Shown here in pieces: positions 1 through 11,700 of a DNA stretch of 64,000 nt (position 1 is its first letter; every line of letters starts with the position of its first letter). A model generated the notes under the pieces. It did not search any database, was not told the DNA's origin, and was given only the letters and a program-made list of their open reading frames with translations. The stretch comes from Thecamonas trahens ATCC 50062 (taxonomy: Eukaryota > Protista > Apusomonadida): positions 1-64,000 of the forward strand of contig NW_013657626.1 in the NCBI RefSeq assembly GCF_000142905.1, read 5' to 3'. Position numbers and translations under genes: made by a program.

Positions 1-172
1 TCAATGGCAATGCCTACCAGTCTGTTTTCCAACCCAATCCTCCCCTCCCTACTCCGGCCTTGCCCATCACAGCCCCCGCCGGCCTGCTCATCGCCAGCCG
101 CCCCTGCTGCCGATCACCGTGCCAGACGACGAAGCCACCGGGCTGGCCAAGACAAGGAAGAACAAGAGGGGC
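1..172 (+). repeat. Dispersed direct repeat, paralogous to 2226-2398
   Basis: Shared GCCGGCCTGCTCATCGCCAGCCGC...CCACCGGGCTGGCCAAGACAAGGAAGAACAAGAGGGG. Confidence 0.85.
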
Positions 173-174
173 AA

Positions 175-950
175 GGGCAAACTTTAGGCAATGCAGTGGC
201 GGGCTAGAGTGTAGTGGTCTGCCACCTCTTCCAATCCCAAGCCATCGTCTCCATCGACGTCCATCAATCCAATCCCGTCCGCCCTCGTCGCCCTCGCCGC
301 CCAAGCCCCTCCACCCTCATCAACCACACCTCACACACACCCATAAGCCTCATTCAACTCGCCCACATCAATACTCAAGCCCAATCGCCATATCCACCAC
401 CGCTTCGCCCGTCCCGCCACCCACGTCACGACCCCCTCATCCCCCTACCATACTCATTACGCCCCATCACCACCAACCACCACCCTCACCGCCTACTCCA
501 CCACCACCACTCTCATTTCAACCACAACTACCACCCCCATGCCATGACCATGCCCACCACCATCCCATCGCGCACTCGGCTTCCTCTTCCTCCTCGTCCT
601 CCTTGTCTCCCCGCTCCATCTCACCCCCATCCCCATCCCCGACTCCGACACCGGCATCCGTCAACCATCACATGCCTTACTGCCCATCCACCAACCAACA
701 GCAATCTGAAGCCATCCAGCCCCGACCCAGCTCCCTCAGCAGCCCTCGCCTCGCCGGCCACCAGCCACCAGCCGGCGCCCGCTCGCCCGATCAGCCCACC
801 TTCATCACCACCTAGCTCCTTCCCACTACCAGCTACGCAACCCACAACCACACCCAAGGTCATCACTCACCCCACACTATCACCAGTATTAATATCGCCG
901 TCATCGATACCCATCGACCTCGGCTCACTTTCGCGTCGACTTGTTTGCCC
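175..950. mobile_element. ~776-bp putative non-autonomous TIR element (MITE-like), copy 1
   Basis: Begins GGGCAAAC (175) and ends GTTTGCCC (950). Colinear and clearly similar to 953-1730. C/A-rich low complexity, no transposase ORF. Confidence 0.5.
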
Positions 951-952
951 TA

Positions 953-1730
953 GGGCAAACGGTATCCAATGCAGTGGTGGACTACAGTGCAGTGGTCTGC
1001 CTCCCTGTCCAATCCCAAGCCATCGTCTCCATCGACGTCCATCTCAATCCAATCCGTCCGCCCTCCTCCCCCTCGCCGCCCAAGCCCCTCCACGCTCATC
1101 ACCCACACCCCACACCCACCCATCATCCTCATCCAACTCGCCCACATCAATCCTTCACCCCAATCGCCATACCTACTACCATTTCGCCCGTCACGACCCC
1201 ACGTCACGAACCCCCTCATCCCCCCCTACCATACTCATTACCACCCGTCACCACAAACGACCACCCTCACCCCCTACCCCACCACCATCACTATCATGGC
1301 AGCCACAACTACTACCCCCTTGCCTTGGCCATCCTCACCACCATCCCATCGCGCACTCTGCTTCCTCTTCCTCCTCATCCTCCTCCTCTCCCGCTCCATC
1401 TCACCCGCATCGTCATCCCCGACTCCGACACCGGCATGCGTCAACCATCACAAGTCATACTGCCCAATCTCCCACCAACAGCAATCTCAAGCCACCCCAC
1501 TCCAACCCAGCTCCCTCTGTTGTCCTTGCCTCGACGGCCACCAGCCGCCAGCCGCCGCCCGCTCGCCCGATCGGCCCACCTTCATCACCACCTAGCTCCC
1601 ACCCACTACCAGCTACGCAACCCACAATCTCACCCAATGTCATCACACACCCCACACTATCACCAGTATCAATATCGCTGTCATCGACACCCATCTTCCT
1701 CGGCTCATTTCCGCGTCGACTTGTTTGCCC
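953..1730. mobile_element. ~778-bp putative MITE-like element, copy 2 (head-to-tail tandem)
   Basis: TA|GGGCAAAC...GTTTGCCC|TA. Shares internal blocks with copy 1, e.g. AATCCCAAGCCATCGTCTCCATCGACGTCCATC and CGCGTCGACTTGTTTGCCCTAG. Confidence 0.5.
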
Positions 1731-2225
1731 TAGGTGGTTGAGCACGTCCTCGACCGCCCGACCCCGCACATGCCCCCCACCAACCTCATTGCCAGCTATA
1801 CCCAATCTGATTTCACTACTACTCTATTACATACCCCCCTACCCCCATGCACAGTTTCCAATCCACAGCTGCAGTATTCCGGAATCCGAGTTCTGCCGGC
1901 TCAGGCCCAGCTTGTTGTCCTGGTGTCCCTTCGATGCTGCTGACCACCCCTCCCCGGGCCCATCTCCGACCCCCACTCCCCACCATCACCACCCACAACC
2001 ACCACACCCACGCCACACGTACTCACTATGCCTGCAAACATAGCCACTCACTCCCTGCCCGCCGATACGCACATCAGCCGACGCCAACCCGTCAACAGCA
2101 TCACTGCCGACCGCCGGCTGCTCGCCGCCGACCGCCGCCCGCCGCTGACCGACCACCGCCGGCACCACCGAGGGCAAGCTAGCCATCGACAGGGCATTGG
2201 AGACGATGCATGCTGATAGCCACAT

Positions 2226-2398
2226 CATTGGCAATGACTACCAGTCTGCCCTCCAACCCATTTCTCCCCTCCCTCCTCCGGCCTTGCCCATCACAGTCCC
2301 TGCCGGCCTGCTCATCGCCAGCCGCCGCTGCCGCCGACCACCGAGCCAGACGACGAGACCACCGGGCTGGCCAAGACAAGGAAGAACAAGAGGGGGCA
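2226..2398 (+). repeat. Second copy of the 1-172 repeat
   Basis: Direct visual alignment with 1-172. Confidence 0.85.
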
Positions 2399-2650
2399 CA
2401 CTCTCGGTTGCCGGCCGAGCGGACGCGCCGTTGGCTCGGGGGCTTGAGATTTCCCTGCATTTTATGTGCTGACCATCTTTGCCAGCACATCGTGCCAATT
2501 GGCACAAAGATCTGTGTCGACGCCATCGGAGCCCTTAGCGAGGTAAGATGTCAGCTGCTTCGCTTCGCTCAGTCGGCCGCGAGTGTTAGCAGTCGCGGTG
2601 ACAACGGTCTTCCACCGGATCTTGTCGTTGCATTCGGCCACACTTTGGAC
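2398..2650 (-). repeat. Left arm of a diverged inverted repeat / relic gene fragment (pairs with 6400-6791)
   Basis: Reverse complement matches 6684-6791 (GTGCCAATTG..GATGTGCTGGCAAAGATGGTCAGCACA..GGCAACCGAGAGTG) and 6440-6538. Translates RLSEAKQLTSYLAK...ANWHDVLAKMVST. Confidence 0.8.
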
Positions 2651-2978
2651 GACTAGCACAAACTTGGACACGCACGACCCGACGCCCCAGTCGTACTTGA
2701 TCGTGTGATGAGACGACCCTATGTGATTGGTGGCCGTACCCACAAGGTTGGGCTTCAGCCAAGCCGTCGACCACGGCTTTCGCTTGGGCAAAATGCCAGG
2801 ATCTTCTCTGTCCCAATTCCGACTTGCACCGTGAACGCAAGCTTGTCGATGAACATATCGAACAGACCGTCGTCTCGTCACCAACGATGCGCTCTGAGTG
2901 TGATGATGAACAAGAAAGTCCCGGCCAAGCTGCCCCCCCATCTTCGTGGGCTTGAACGACGTTGCCGAGCAGCTGTGC

Positions 2979-5900
2979 TTAGCCCCAGCCGGACGACTCA
3001 TACCGCACACCCGAGTCACGCCGATGCGGCGTATAATGCCGAGTCGCCTCCCGCCGCAAGCCGTGCTCACCGCCAGCCTTCCTGGCATCGTACTGAAATC
3101 CGGATGCATGGCCGCTGCTGTTTGGTGGCGGCATGGGCCGGACGCTTGCTGATGATCGCCGTCCGCGGAGCCGCTTGGCGCAGCAGCAGAGGAGCGAGAG
3201 CACGAGAGTAAGTCCAATCGAGACCACAATCCACGACGGGATGCCAACGACACTGTCCGGCACTCCCATCGACGAGAACGGGCCCGTGTTCTCCTCCTTG
3301 GTATCGCCCACGGTGCCGTTTCCTGGCGACGGCGATGGCGGTGAGGACGGCGGCCTGCTCGCAGGTGGTGGCGGTGAGGCGAAGAGACTACATGCACCGC
3401 CCAAACATGCCCCATTGCCGCCATTGCACGACGTGCCGTCGGCTGCGTTTGTCTCGACACAGATGCTTACGCTGCAGACAAAGACGGCGCAGTCGCTGCT
3501 CGGCACCAGTCCGCTACAGTCGGCCGCGATTGAGCAGACGGTAAAGTTGCCGCACACTCCGGTCGCGCACACCCCGCTGCTGCAAGGTGTTGTGTTGGGC
3601 AAGTTACACGTCGCAAGCGTGTTGTTGCACGTCGACGAACACTCGCCGCCGCCAAGGCAGGGATTGCCTGACGAGGTGCACACGCCTGAGCTGCACTGCT
3701 CGGCGCCAGTGCAGAAGAGCCCGTCGTCGGCGCAAGGGGCCGCGTCGGCCATCGCAACGCACCTTGCCGAGCAGCACACGCCAGAGTTGGCAATCGCAGG
3801 GTCACACTCTTCCGGACCGTCGACCGCCCCGTTGCCGCAGAGTCCGCCCGCAAAGTCATAGTCAATCTCCAGCCGTGGATGCAGGCTCGCCGTTGCATGA
3901 CCTCCGGGCGCGACTACAATGTTGGCAGTGCCCGAGAAGAGCACAACGCCCATGCTGCCTGTTGTCCACGTTGCCTGGTCCACCAGCTCCTGGAAAATTG
4001 CAGTGACATCCGTCGACGCCAGTTCGTGCGTTTCTAGCCAGTTGATCGGCGGCCGGGTTGACATATCCAATGTTGCCGTCGCTACTGTCTTGGGCCGGGT
4101 ACTGAGCTCGCTTGGGCTCGCCGAAAACGCAGCCGGTGTCGCACCGAGCTCGCCGTTGATCACCACATTGCCGTTCGCCGAGGTGAAGACCAGGCCGCTG
4201 AGATAGACGCGTGCCGACACAATGTTGGCTCCCTTGGGAATGCCGAGGCTGCCGAAACTCAGGCCAGACATCAGCCGCTCGCCGCCACTTCCGATGGCGA
4301 TTGTCCCCAGCTCCGATGGCGACGTGACCACCGTGCCGACTGGTGGCGACGGCGGCCCTGATGACGTAAGATACTCGACCGCGCAATTGCTGCCGCTGCC
4401 GACCACCTTTGTCACCCGGTTGCAGCCGGGCGTGTTGTTGGGCGAGCTGGCGAGCCGCGTGCACGTACCTTCGGAGCACACGCCGTCCGGCTCGCACGCA
4501 ATACCCGTCGCGCACATCGCCGCCGTATGTTCGTACACACACGTGTGGTTGCGGCACGCCGTCGCCACCGTGCACACCGTGCCGCTGGTGGGGCAATCGC
4601 CCAGAGTGTTGCAACTTGTCGCATTGGTGTACAAGTTGATGATCGGCGCCGAGAAATCAAATGTTGCCGCGTTGTCTGCCCCACCAGAGCCTGTAGCAAT
4701 CGACGCGTATGTAACTGCTGGCGATGAAAAGTGCGCCACCCGCTCCTCGTCATCCCCGTACGCCATGATCGTCCGGTACCCCTGTCCACCGCCAAACAAA
4801 TACCCGTGCGAGTACGAGAACAGCCCGGCAGATGTAGTCGTCGCAAGGTCGTGGTTACCACCTAGATTGTGACCCACCTCGTGCGCCAAAGTCATCGCGA
4901 CCCGCACGCACGAGAGCGTAGAGACAGAGAACATGAATGACGGCGTCTGCATCGCGTCAAGCACTGTAGTCAAATATCCGAGTCCGCATGCCGATGTGGT
5001 CGCTGTCGAGCCGACAATGAGCGCCGCCGCATCGGCGCCCATCGCATCGCGGAGCTTGTTGAGCCCGTCGCCGACACCATCACCAGGGTTATGCACTGCG
5101 TCGAGCACTTCCGACATCGGCGTCGTTGCCTCGTTCTCCACGCTCGGCACATGCAATGTGGCCACAAGGGCAAACTGAGACGTCAGTCCCGAGTTGGTCA
5201 TCGCCTCGTTGAGCTCGTCGACGGCAGCCTCGATGTCCACTGCAATCGTCGCGTGCGAGTTGCCTGCCGCCGCCAGCGCACCGTCAGTGTAGCCCACGAC
5301 AATGTCAAGTATGCCACCGCCACCGCCACCGCCAGACCGAGCGTGCACCTGCCGCCGCCACTGGTGCGTGCCAAACACCTGCGGTTCGGCTGCGTGCGGA
5401 TGCAGCCGCTGGTGAACAAGCGGATACTCGGCGTGTGTGGCGTGGCTGAGAGTATGCGCCACGACGCTGCGTCTGTCACCCACCGACCGCCCACCTGCTG
5501 CAGGAGCCAGCAACGTCACGCCGGCCCGGCTCCGCACGACCGCCCGGACCCGCCCGTCGCCTGTCACCCGGATGTCGGCCTGCACACCGTCGCTGCTTGC
5601 TTTCAACAGCACCTTGGCCGCCATGCCCCCAGCCCGCCGCTGCGTCACCATCACTACGTGCCCACCGATCTCGAGCCGCGTCCCTGCCATTGCCGTGGCC
5701 AGTACCGACGACACAACCGCGTGGTCGTCGCTGTTGCCAGTCATCCGCCGAGCAATCGACAGTGAGCTAGGGCTAGTCTCGGCGCTCCGACCAGTACTTC
5801 CAGCCTCGCGTGCGCTTCCCATCAGCAAGATGTCATCCAATCCGTAGCTGCCATCAGCGTGGCCGCCAAGAATCACCCTGAACTCATCTCCGGTCGCCAG

Positions 5901-6143
5901 CTTTGCCTTTGGCGCATAGACGGTCCACCTCAACGGTGCAAAGGCTTCACCCTCCGCCGACTCGTCCATCGGAGACACCGCCACGCCATCAACGCACACG
6001 CCATCGATCACGCACAACGTCAAGCTCTCGGCATTGTACAGCAAGTGCCAGTTTTCTCTGCCCGCGGGCGTCATCGTTCCCACCCCTATCCGACACGCGA
6101 GTGAGTCAAGCGATACACACACATAAGCACACTTGCTGGTCAT
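2979..6143 (-). CDS. Membrane-anchored zinc metalloprotease (metzincin, reprolysin/M12B-like) with Cys-rich repeats; 5' end unresolved, probably spliced
   Basis: HEVGHNLGGNHD (HExxHxxGxxH/D), Met-turn RTIMAY, CGNGAVDGPEECD and CADDGLFCTGAEQC Cys-rich repeats, Pro stalk, C-terminal TM (WIVVSIGLTLVLSLLCCC) and basic tail. Confidence 0.85.
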   Translation of the reverse strand: MTSKCAYVCVSLDSLACRIGVGTMTPAGRENWHLLYNAESLTLCVIDGVCVDGVAVSPMDESAEGEAFAPLRWTVYAPKAKLATGDEFRVILGGHADGSYGLDDILLMGSAREAGSTGRSAETSPSSLSIARRMTGNSDDHAVVSSVLATAMAGTRLEIGGHVVMVTQRRAGGMAAKVLLKASSDGVQADIRVTGDGRVRAVVRSRAGVTLLAPAAGGRSVGDRRSVVAHTLSHATHAEYPLVHQRLHPHAAEPQVFGTHQWRRQVHARSGGGGGGGILDIVVGYTDGALAAAGNSHATIAVDIEAAVDELNEAMTNSGLTSQFALVATLHVPSVENEATTPMSEVLDAVHNPGDGVGDGLNKLRDAMGADAAALIVGSTATTSACGLGYLTTVLDAMQTPSFMFSVSTLSCVRVAMTLAHEVGHNLGGNHDLATTTSAGLFSYSHGYLFGGGQGYRTIMAYGDDEERVAHFSSPAVTYASIATGSGGADNAATFDFSAPIINLYTNATSCNTLGDCPTSGTVCTVATACRNHTCVYEHTAAMCATGIACEPDGVCSEGTCTRLASSPNNTPGCNRVTKVVGSGSNCAVEYLTSSGPPSPPVGTVVTSPSELGTIAIGSGGERLMSGLSFGSLGIPKGANIVSARVYLSGLVFTSANGNVVINGELGATPAAFSASPSELSTRPKTVATATLDMSTRPPINWLETHELASTDVTAIFQELVDQATWTTGSMGVVLFSGTANIVVAPGGHATASLHPRLEIDYDFAGGLCGNGAVDGPEECDPAIANSGVCCSARCVAMADAAPCADDGLFCTGAEQCSSGVCTSSGNPCLGGGECSSTCNNTLATCNLPNTTPCSSGVCATGVCGNFTVCSIAADCSGLVPSSDCAVFVCSVSICVETNAADGTSCNGGNGACLGGACSLFASPPPPASRPPSSPPSPSPGNGTVGDTKEENTGPFSSMGVPDSVVGIPSWIVVSIGLTLVLSLLCCCAKRLRGRRSSASVRPMPPPNSSGHASGFQYDARKAGGEHGLRREATRHYTPHRRDSGVRYESSGWG

Positions 6144-6399
6144 GGTGACCAATATGTGAATGCTTCTCAATGGCTATCCGCTGCTTCTCAGAGATGAGAA
6201 CAACCATGGAAGACGACCGCGACATACGCCTGGCACCACCGCATCCTCCACCCACCGCCATGACTTGCCCATCACATTCCAACCAGCCCTACCCACACCC
6301 AAACGTACATGTTCCATATGTGCATGTCATGACCATGGTGAGTATCACCAACAACAGCGCACGTGGCCACATGGACGTCATAAACGTCCTTGGCCGCCG

Positions 6400-6791
6400 C
6401 GAGGAGTGTGGCCGTCGAAGTCTTGTCCGAAGAGCCAATGTTGCCGCGACTGCTACGAGTCGCTACCACTTGCGGCAGGCTGAGCGAAGCAAAGCGGTTG
6501 ACAACTTACTTCGCTAAGAGCTCCAGTGGCATCGACATAGTGATGGAGAGGGAACCCGCCCGCCCGCCCTTTCTGATGACGATGCGCGACGACGACGACG
6601 GGCGCCATCCGGGCGCCCAATTCTTACCTTGATATCGTGTGTACGCGAGCTATCGATGGCCGCTCACGTACACGCGGCTGACCGTGCCAATTGCCATGAT
6701 GTGCTGGCAAAGATGGTCAGCACAGTAAATGCGAGGAAGTCTCAAGCCCGCCGAGCCAGCGGAGCGTCTGCTTGCCCGGCAACCGAGAGTG
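6400..6791 (+). repeat. Right arm of the inverted repeat, with a ~140-bp insertion (about 6540-6683)
   Basis: Translates RLSEAKRLTTYFAK and ANCHDVLAKMVST in broken frames, matching the left arm. Confidence 0.8.
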
Positions 6792-7451
6792 TTTGGATGG
6801 CACTGCAAACGGTAATTGGCTTCAAGTGGTCCGTTCGCTCTGCTTGCTGACCCGCGGCCAACATATCCCCTCCTCGCATGCGACATCGAATTGGTTCCAA
6901 ACGCCACCAATCATGCTACTACAACGGTATGTTGTACCTGATTCTCACTTTCGATCTCTCATTGCACCCTTTCCCCGCCCACCTGATTGACATCCAAGCC
7001 AGATCCCATCACTTCCTTTCCTTTCCACCTCTGCCATCAAGCCGTACAAGCACAACACCCACCCATATACATGCCCATATACATACACCTACCCGTGTGT
7101 ACATGAGCTCATCAGCTGAGAATGTCCGCCCCATCCAAAACCGGTCCTCTTGGCCCAAAAAGCCCCCCCACCCCCCTTCCGCCGCTCCGATCGCGCCTTC
7201 CAACCTGTGTGACCTCGCCCCGCCCCCCCCCCCTCACCTCCCCCACCACCCAAATACGTACACCTCTCGCTATTCCGTACCAAGGAGTTCGACACGGTAC
7301 CCTGTGAGGAGCAACACCAGCCCTCCACAAACACACACATACCCCTCCTTCCTTACCCTTTCACGTCCCTCTTCCCGGCCTTACCTTGCCTGTGTGCCGT
7401 GTGCCTTCCACCCCTCCCTCCCCCCTCCCGGAAGGAAGCGTGTTCACCACC

Positions 7452-8727
7452 ATGGCTGCATCTTCGGCTACGGCCATCGGCTCGGGCAACTCTCCGCTTG
7501 GTGTGTTCTTCAACCAGGACAAGACAGCATTCTCGGTGGCTCTACCTACCGGGTATCGCATCTACAACACGGAACCTCTTTATGAGATTGGACGCCACAG
7601 TATGTACTCTCCCCGCTCATGCCCCCCTTGCCCCCTTCCTCATCCTCATCCTCATCATCATCATCGTCATCACTCACACCTCCTCGCCACGGACAGCCTT
7701 TGAGCAGCGCGGCGGACTGTCGATGGTCATGATGCTGTTCCGGACATCAACAATGGCGCTGGTGGGCGGTGGTGATGAGCCGCAGTTTGCTCCGGTCAAG
7801 GTGGTGATCTGGGATGAGATGGATCCGCGGCTGAGCCTGATCGAGCTCGGCTTCAAGTCCTTGGTCACCGGAGTCCGCCTCTCGCGCGCCTTTGTAGTTG
7901 TTGCGCTCAAAAAGTACACCGAGGTGTACTCGCTGACTCCGGCGCCGCAAGTCTTGTTCAAGTTCCAAACTGCCGATAACGACGATGGCGTGACTGCGCT
8001 CTCGCCGTCGTCAGCCTCATCGCTCCTCGCCGTCCCGGACAAGACCCCGGGCTGGGTCCGCATTGTCGACCTCAGCGCCGACTCGTCGTCGGCAAACCTG
8101 TTCAAGGCCCACGAGCACCCGATTGCGATCATGGAGTTTAACGCTGATGCCACCATCCTCGCCACGGCTTCGACAGAGGGCACCATGATCCGGACCTGGG
8201 ACACCCGCACCGGCCGCAAGCTCCGCGAGGTTCGCCGCGGTAAGACCAAGGAGCGCATCTGCTCCATTGCTTTTAACTACAACTCGGACTTTATGGCCGT
8301 CTCCTCGCTCAAGGGCACCATCCACATCTTCTCCATGTTCTCCGATGCCTCTGGCGCTGCTGCCGGGTCCTCGGGCGCCGCGGCGTCATCAGGCTCGGGC
8401 GCCGCCCCTCCGCCGACCTCGTCGTCCTTGCCGCCGGCTGACGGCAGCCCGGGCTCCAACTCGCGCTCGTTCTTTTCACCTATCACCAGCTTCTTGCCCA
8501 AGACCCTCGTTCCGGCCTACTTCTCCTACGAGTGGTCATTTGCCCAGTACCGCATGGGCTCGCCCGGGCCTACCCGCCTCGCCTTTGGCCGCGAGGCCAA
8601 CATCCTCTACGTCATCGGCCTTGACGGCTCCTTCTCCAAGCTTCGCTTCGACCCGGACGCCTCGCACGCCGAAGTCGAGCGCGATAGCTACTACAACTAC
8701 CTCGAGCTCGAGCCTGCCACGCTTTAG
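7452..8727 (+). CDS. ATG18: Autophagy PROPPIN WD40 protein Atg18/WIPI; exons 7452-7599 and 7697-8727
   Basis: FNQD..FSVA..GYRIYNTEP in exon 1. Intron GTATGT...CTCAC...CAG (7600-7696) restores the frame. MLFRTS, ATASTEGTMIR, EVRRG lipid-binding motif, YFSYEWSFAQ. Confidence 0.93.
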
Positions 8728-11700
8728 TCAAAGATCGACTTGTACGCGCGCTTCTTCGGCTTGACCGAAGACGCCGGTGCCGCCGCCGCCGCCGCCGCCG
8801 GTGCAGACGTAGCTGTGCTAGCTGTATCTGGCTCAGCCACGGGCGCAGCGTCGACAGCTCCCACTGCTGGCGCGGGTGTCGATGTGGATGCAGGCGGCCG
8901 TGCCGCCGACAGCGCTGCGGGCCGTGGCGGTGGTGGGACATCATCCATCATCTCAGCCACGTCCGACACATCGTCGCTGACGCTGCCATCGACAGCTTCA
9001 GCCTCTGGCCTACGCGCCTCAGGGCTCGACACGGCATCGGGAGTGTTGTCAGACACGGGCACGGGCGGCGGTGGCGCAACCTCGTCCGAGTACATCTCCT
9101 CGTGATCGTCGTAAGAGTAGCCGTACGAATACCGGTCGCGCCCGCGGCTCCAGCTGCGGCTCCGGCTGCGCCCCCTGTGCGGGCTCCGGCTCCGGCTAAC
9201 GCTCCGGCTAAGGCTGCGGCTGAGTGACCGACCCGGACTTGGGCCCCGTCGCGGCGGTGACGCTGGAGAATGCGCCGCGGGGCTCGGGCTGCGGGCTCTG
9301 TGTGGGCTCTGAGCCGCAGCTGGTGCCTCGGCCTCCGGAGCCGCCGGCTCTGGTGCCGCCAGTTCTGTCGCCATTGGCTCTGCCACAACTGCCTCCTCTT
9401 CGGGGGCTTCGGCTCGTGCCGACCGCAGCTCCTCAACGCTCTGTGACGACCACGACCGTGCCCGCTGCGGTGATGTTGATCGTGACGCCGACGCAGTCTG
9501 CGACCCTAGCTCAGGTCCACGTCTTGTGACCGCCTGCTCGCGGAATGAAGAATATCCCGAGTCAGATCCGTCCGGCCCTTCCCGCCACGTCGAGCCCGAG
9601 TCGGAACGCGATGCCCGCGCTGCCACTTCAGATAACACCGATGCAGATGCTGCCGCTGACGCTGACGCTGATGCAGAAAGCGGTGACTCTGGAGATGCCA
9701 GCGAGTACGAGCTGGAGCACGAGCTCGTGGTCGTCTTGGCCTTGCCATTGCCCTTGCCCTTGGTCTTGGCCTTGCCCTTGCCCTTACCCTTAACCCTAAC
9801 CTTGGCCTTGGCCTTGCTCTTGCTCTTGTGCTTGTCCTTGCCCTTGTCCTTGCCTTTGTTCTTCGACTTGAGCATCTTTGCGGCCTTGGCCTCGGCACGC
9901 CGCGCTCGCTCGCGCTCTCGACGCTCGCGCTCCTTGGCCTTGGCCTTCTTGCGTCGCGCGGCCTTGCGCTTGCGCTTCCTCGCGTCGCGCTTCTTGGCTG
10001 CGTACAGCGCCTTCTTCAGCGCGGCCTTTGTGAGCTCCTTGGCCTTGCGCCGCTTGCGACGCCTCGACCGCCGCACTGCGGTCGAGTCCGAGCCAGAGCC
10101 CGACGAGTACGAAAGCGACGACGGCGTCGACGGCGTCGACACCGACGACACGCTTGCGCTGCTGGAGCCGGTCTCCGAGAGGCTCCGGCCGCCGGCCCAT
10201 CGGCCACGGCCGCCGTCATACGAGCCGCCCGAATCGAGCCGGAAGCGCGAGACAGACGAGCCGCCCGAACACGAGCCGTCGTCTCCGGCGAGTCCGTCGC
10301 TTGCCAATGTCGCGAGCCCGGCAACCGGTGCTGCATCGGCCTCGCTTGCCACAGCCACAGCAGAGGCTGCTTCGGCGAGAGGCGCGGCCTGCGGCTCTGA
10401 CTTGGGCATCTTAGCCTTACCATCGGTGTCGTCGGTCGGCTTCCTGGCCTGCTGCTGCTGCTTCTGGTTGTGAGCGAGCTGGGCCTCCTCCAGCATCTCC
10501 AGCACGTGCGAATCTGCACCTGCCAGTTTGGCCTCGTGCAGCGGCGTTCGCATGCCGGTATCCGACTCCATGAGCGCAAACGGCGAGGCGCCCGACGCAA
10601 GCAGCATCCTGACCATGTCGGCTGAGCCGACCCGTGCTGCCAGATGCAGCGGCGTTGGGCCCGAGCCACCGCCACGGGCGATGGTAGCGTCGACGCCGGC
10701 AGTCAGCAGCAACTCGAGCGCCAGCGGCTGGTCGGCCTCGACAGCGGCGTGGATCGGGAGCATCTGCGACGAGTCTTCGATCTCGAGCTGCCATCCGTCC
10801 TTGATGTACAGGTGCAGGACGTAGTCAAAGCCGGCGGCGCAAGCGGCGTGGACAGGGCTCCGTGCGGCTAATGGGTACTCGCCCTCAAAGTACTCAAGCA
10901 GTAGCGCGGTCATCTCGCCGTCGTTCCGGGCAGCAGCGGCACGCAGGTGCTTTGCCTCGACGACACAGCCCATGTCGAGGGCAGCGATGGCAAGCGTCGT
11001 CGACTGGGCGCGGACTGCCCAGCCGAGCACGGCACCGCGGTCAGCCTCGCACAGGCCGCCAGCCGTGCCCGAGGCCGCTGAGAGGAGGAGTGCGCAGAGC
11101 GACTCGAGGCCTGCGTTGGCCAGCAGCGCCTCGTGAGTCACGCTGCCGTCAGCAACTGCGCCAGCGTGGTCAACAAGCCGCCGCATAAAGTACGCGAGCG
11201 GCGACCTGCCCTTGGCGTCCTGTCGGTTGACGTCGACGTCGGTCTCGCTGAGCAAGAGGCGGGCGCAGGCGAGCGCATCGGCCGATTCGCACAGCGCCGC
11301 CGATGCCAGCGGCGTCCGCCCCTGTAGGTCCAGAAATGATTCCAGCTGCAGCCGCTCGTTGGTGTGGACAAGGACCGACTGCAGAGCCGCCAGAGCTCCG
11401 TTGGCGGCTGCGGCATGGAGCGGCGTCGCGCCGTATCGCTTACCGCGCGCCGCGATCGAGGCGCCTGCTCGCAGCAGCCGGTGGACCATGGCGTGTGAGC
11501 CCGAAGCCATGGCGTAGTGCAGCGGCGTGAGGCCACCGATCGTTGTCGCCTCCACCTCAGCACCGGCGGCAAGTAGCAGCTCGGCAATCCTCAGATGCGC
11601 CATACTCCCACGCTGCGCTGCAATGTGCAGCGCACTCCGCTGCGCCTTGTCTTCGAGCCGTCCACTCGCCAGCGCCGGATATGTCTTGAGCAGCAGCGCG

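Noticed and set aside
214-2043. 609-aa Pro/His-rich ORF and overlapping ORFs
   Set aside because: They arise from C/A-rich tandem repeat DNA that is open in several frames. The two units are read in different frames and no domain is recognisable.
8200-8245. VRRG instead of F/LRRG in Atg18
   Set aside because: This variant occurs in other PROPPINs and the two Arg residues are retained.
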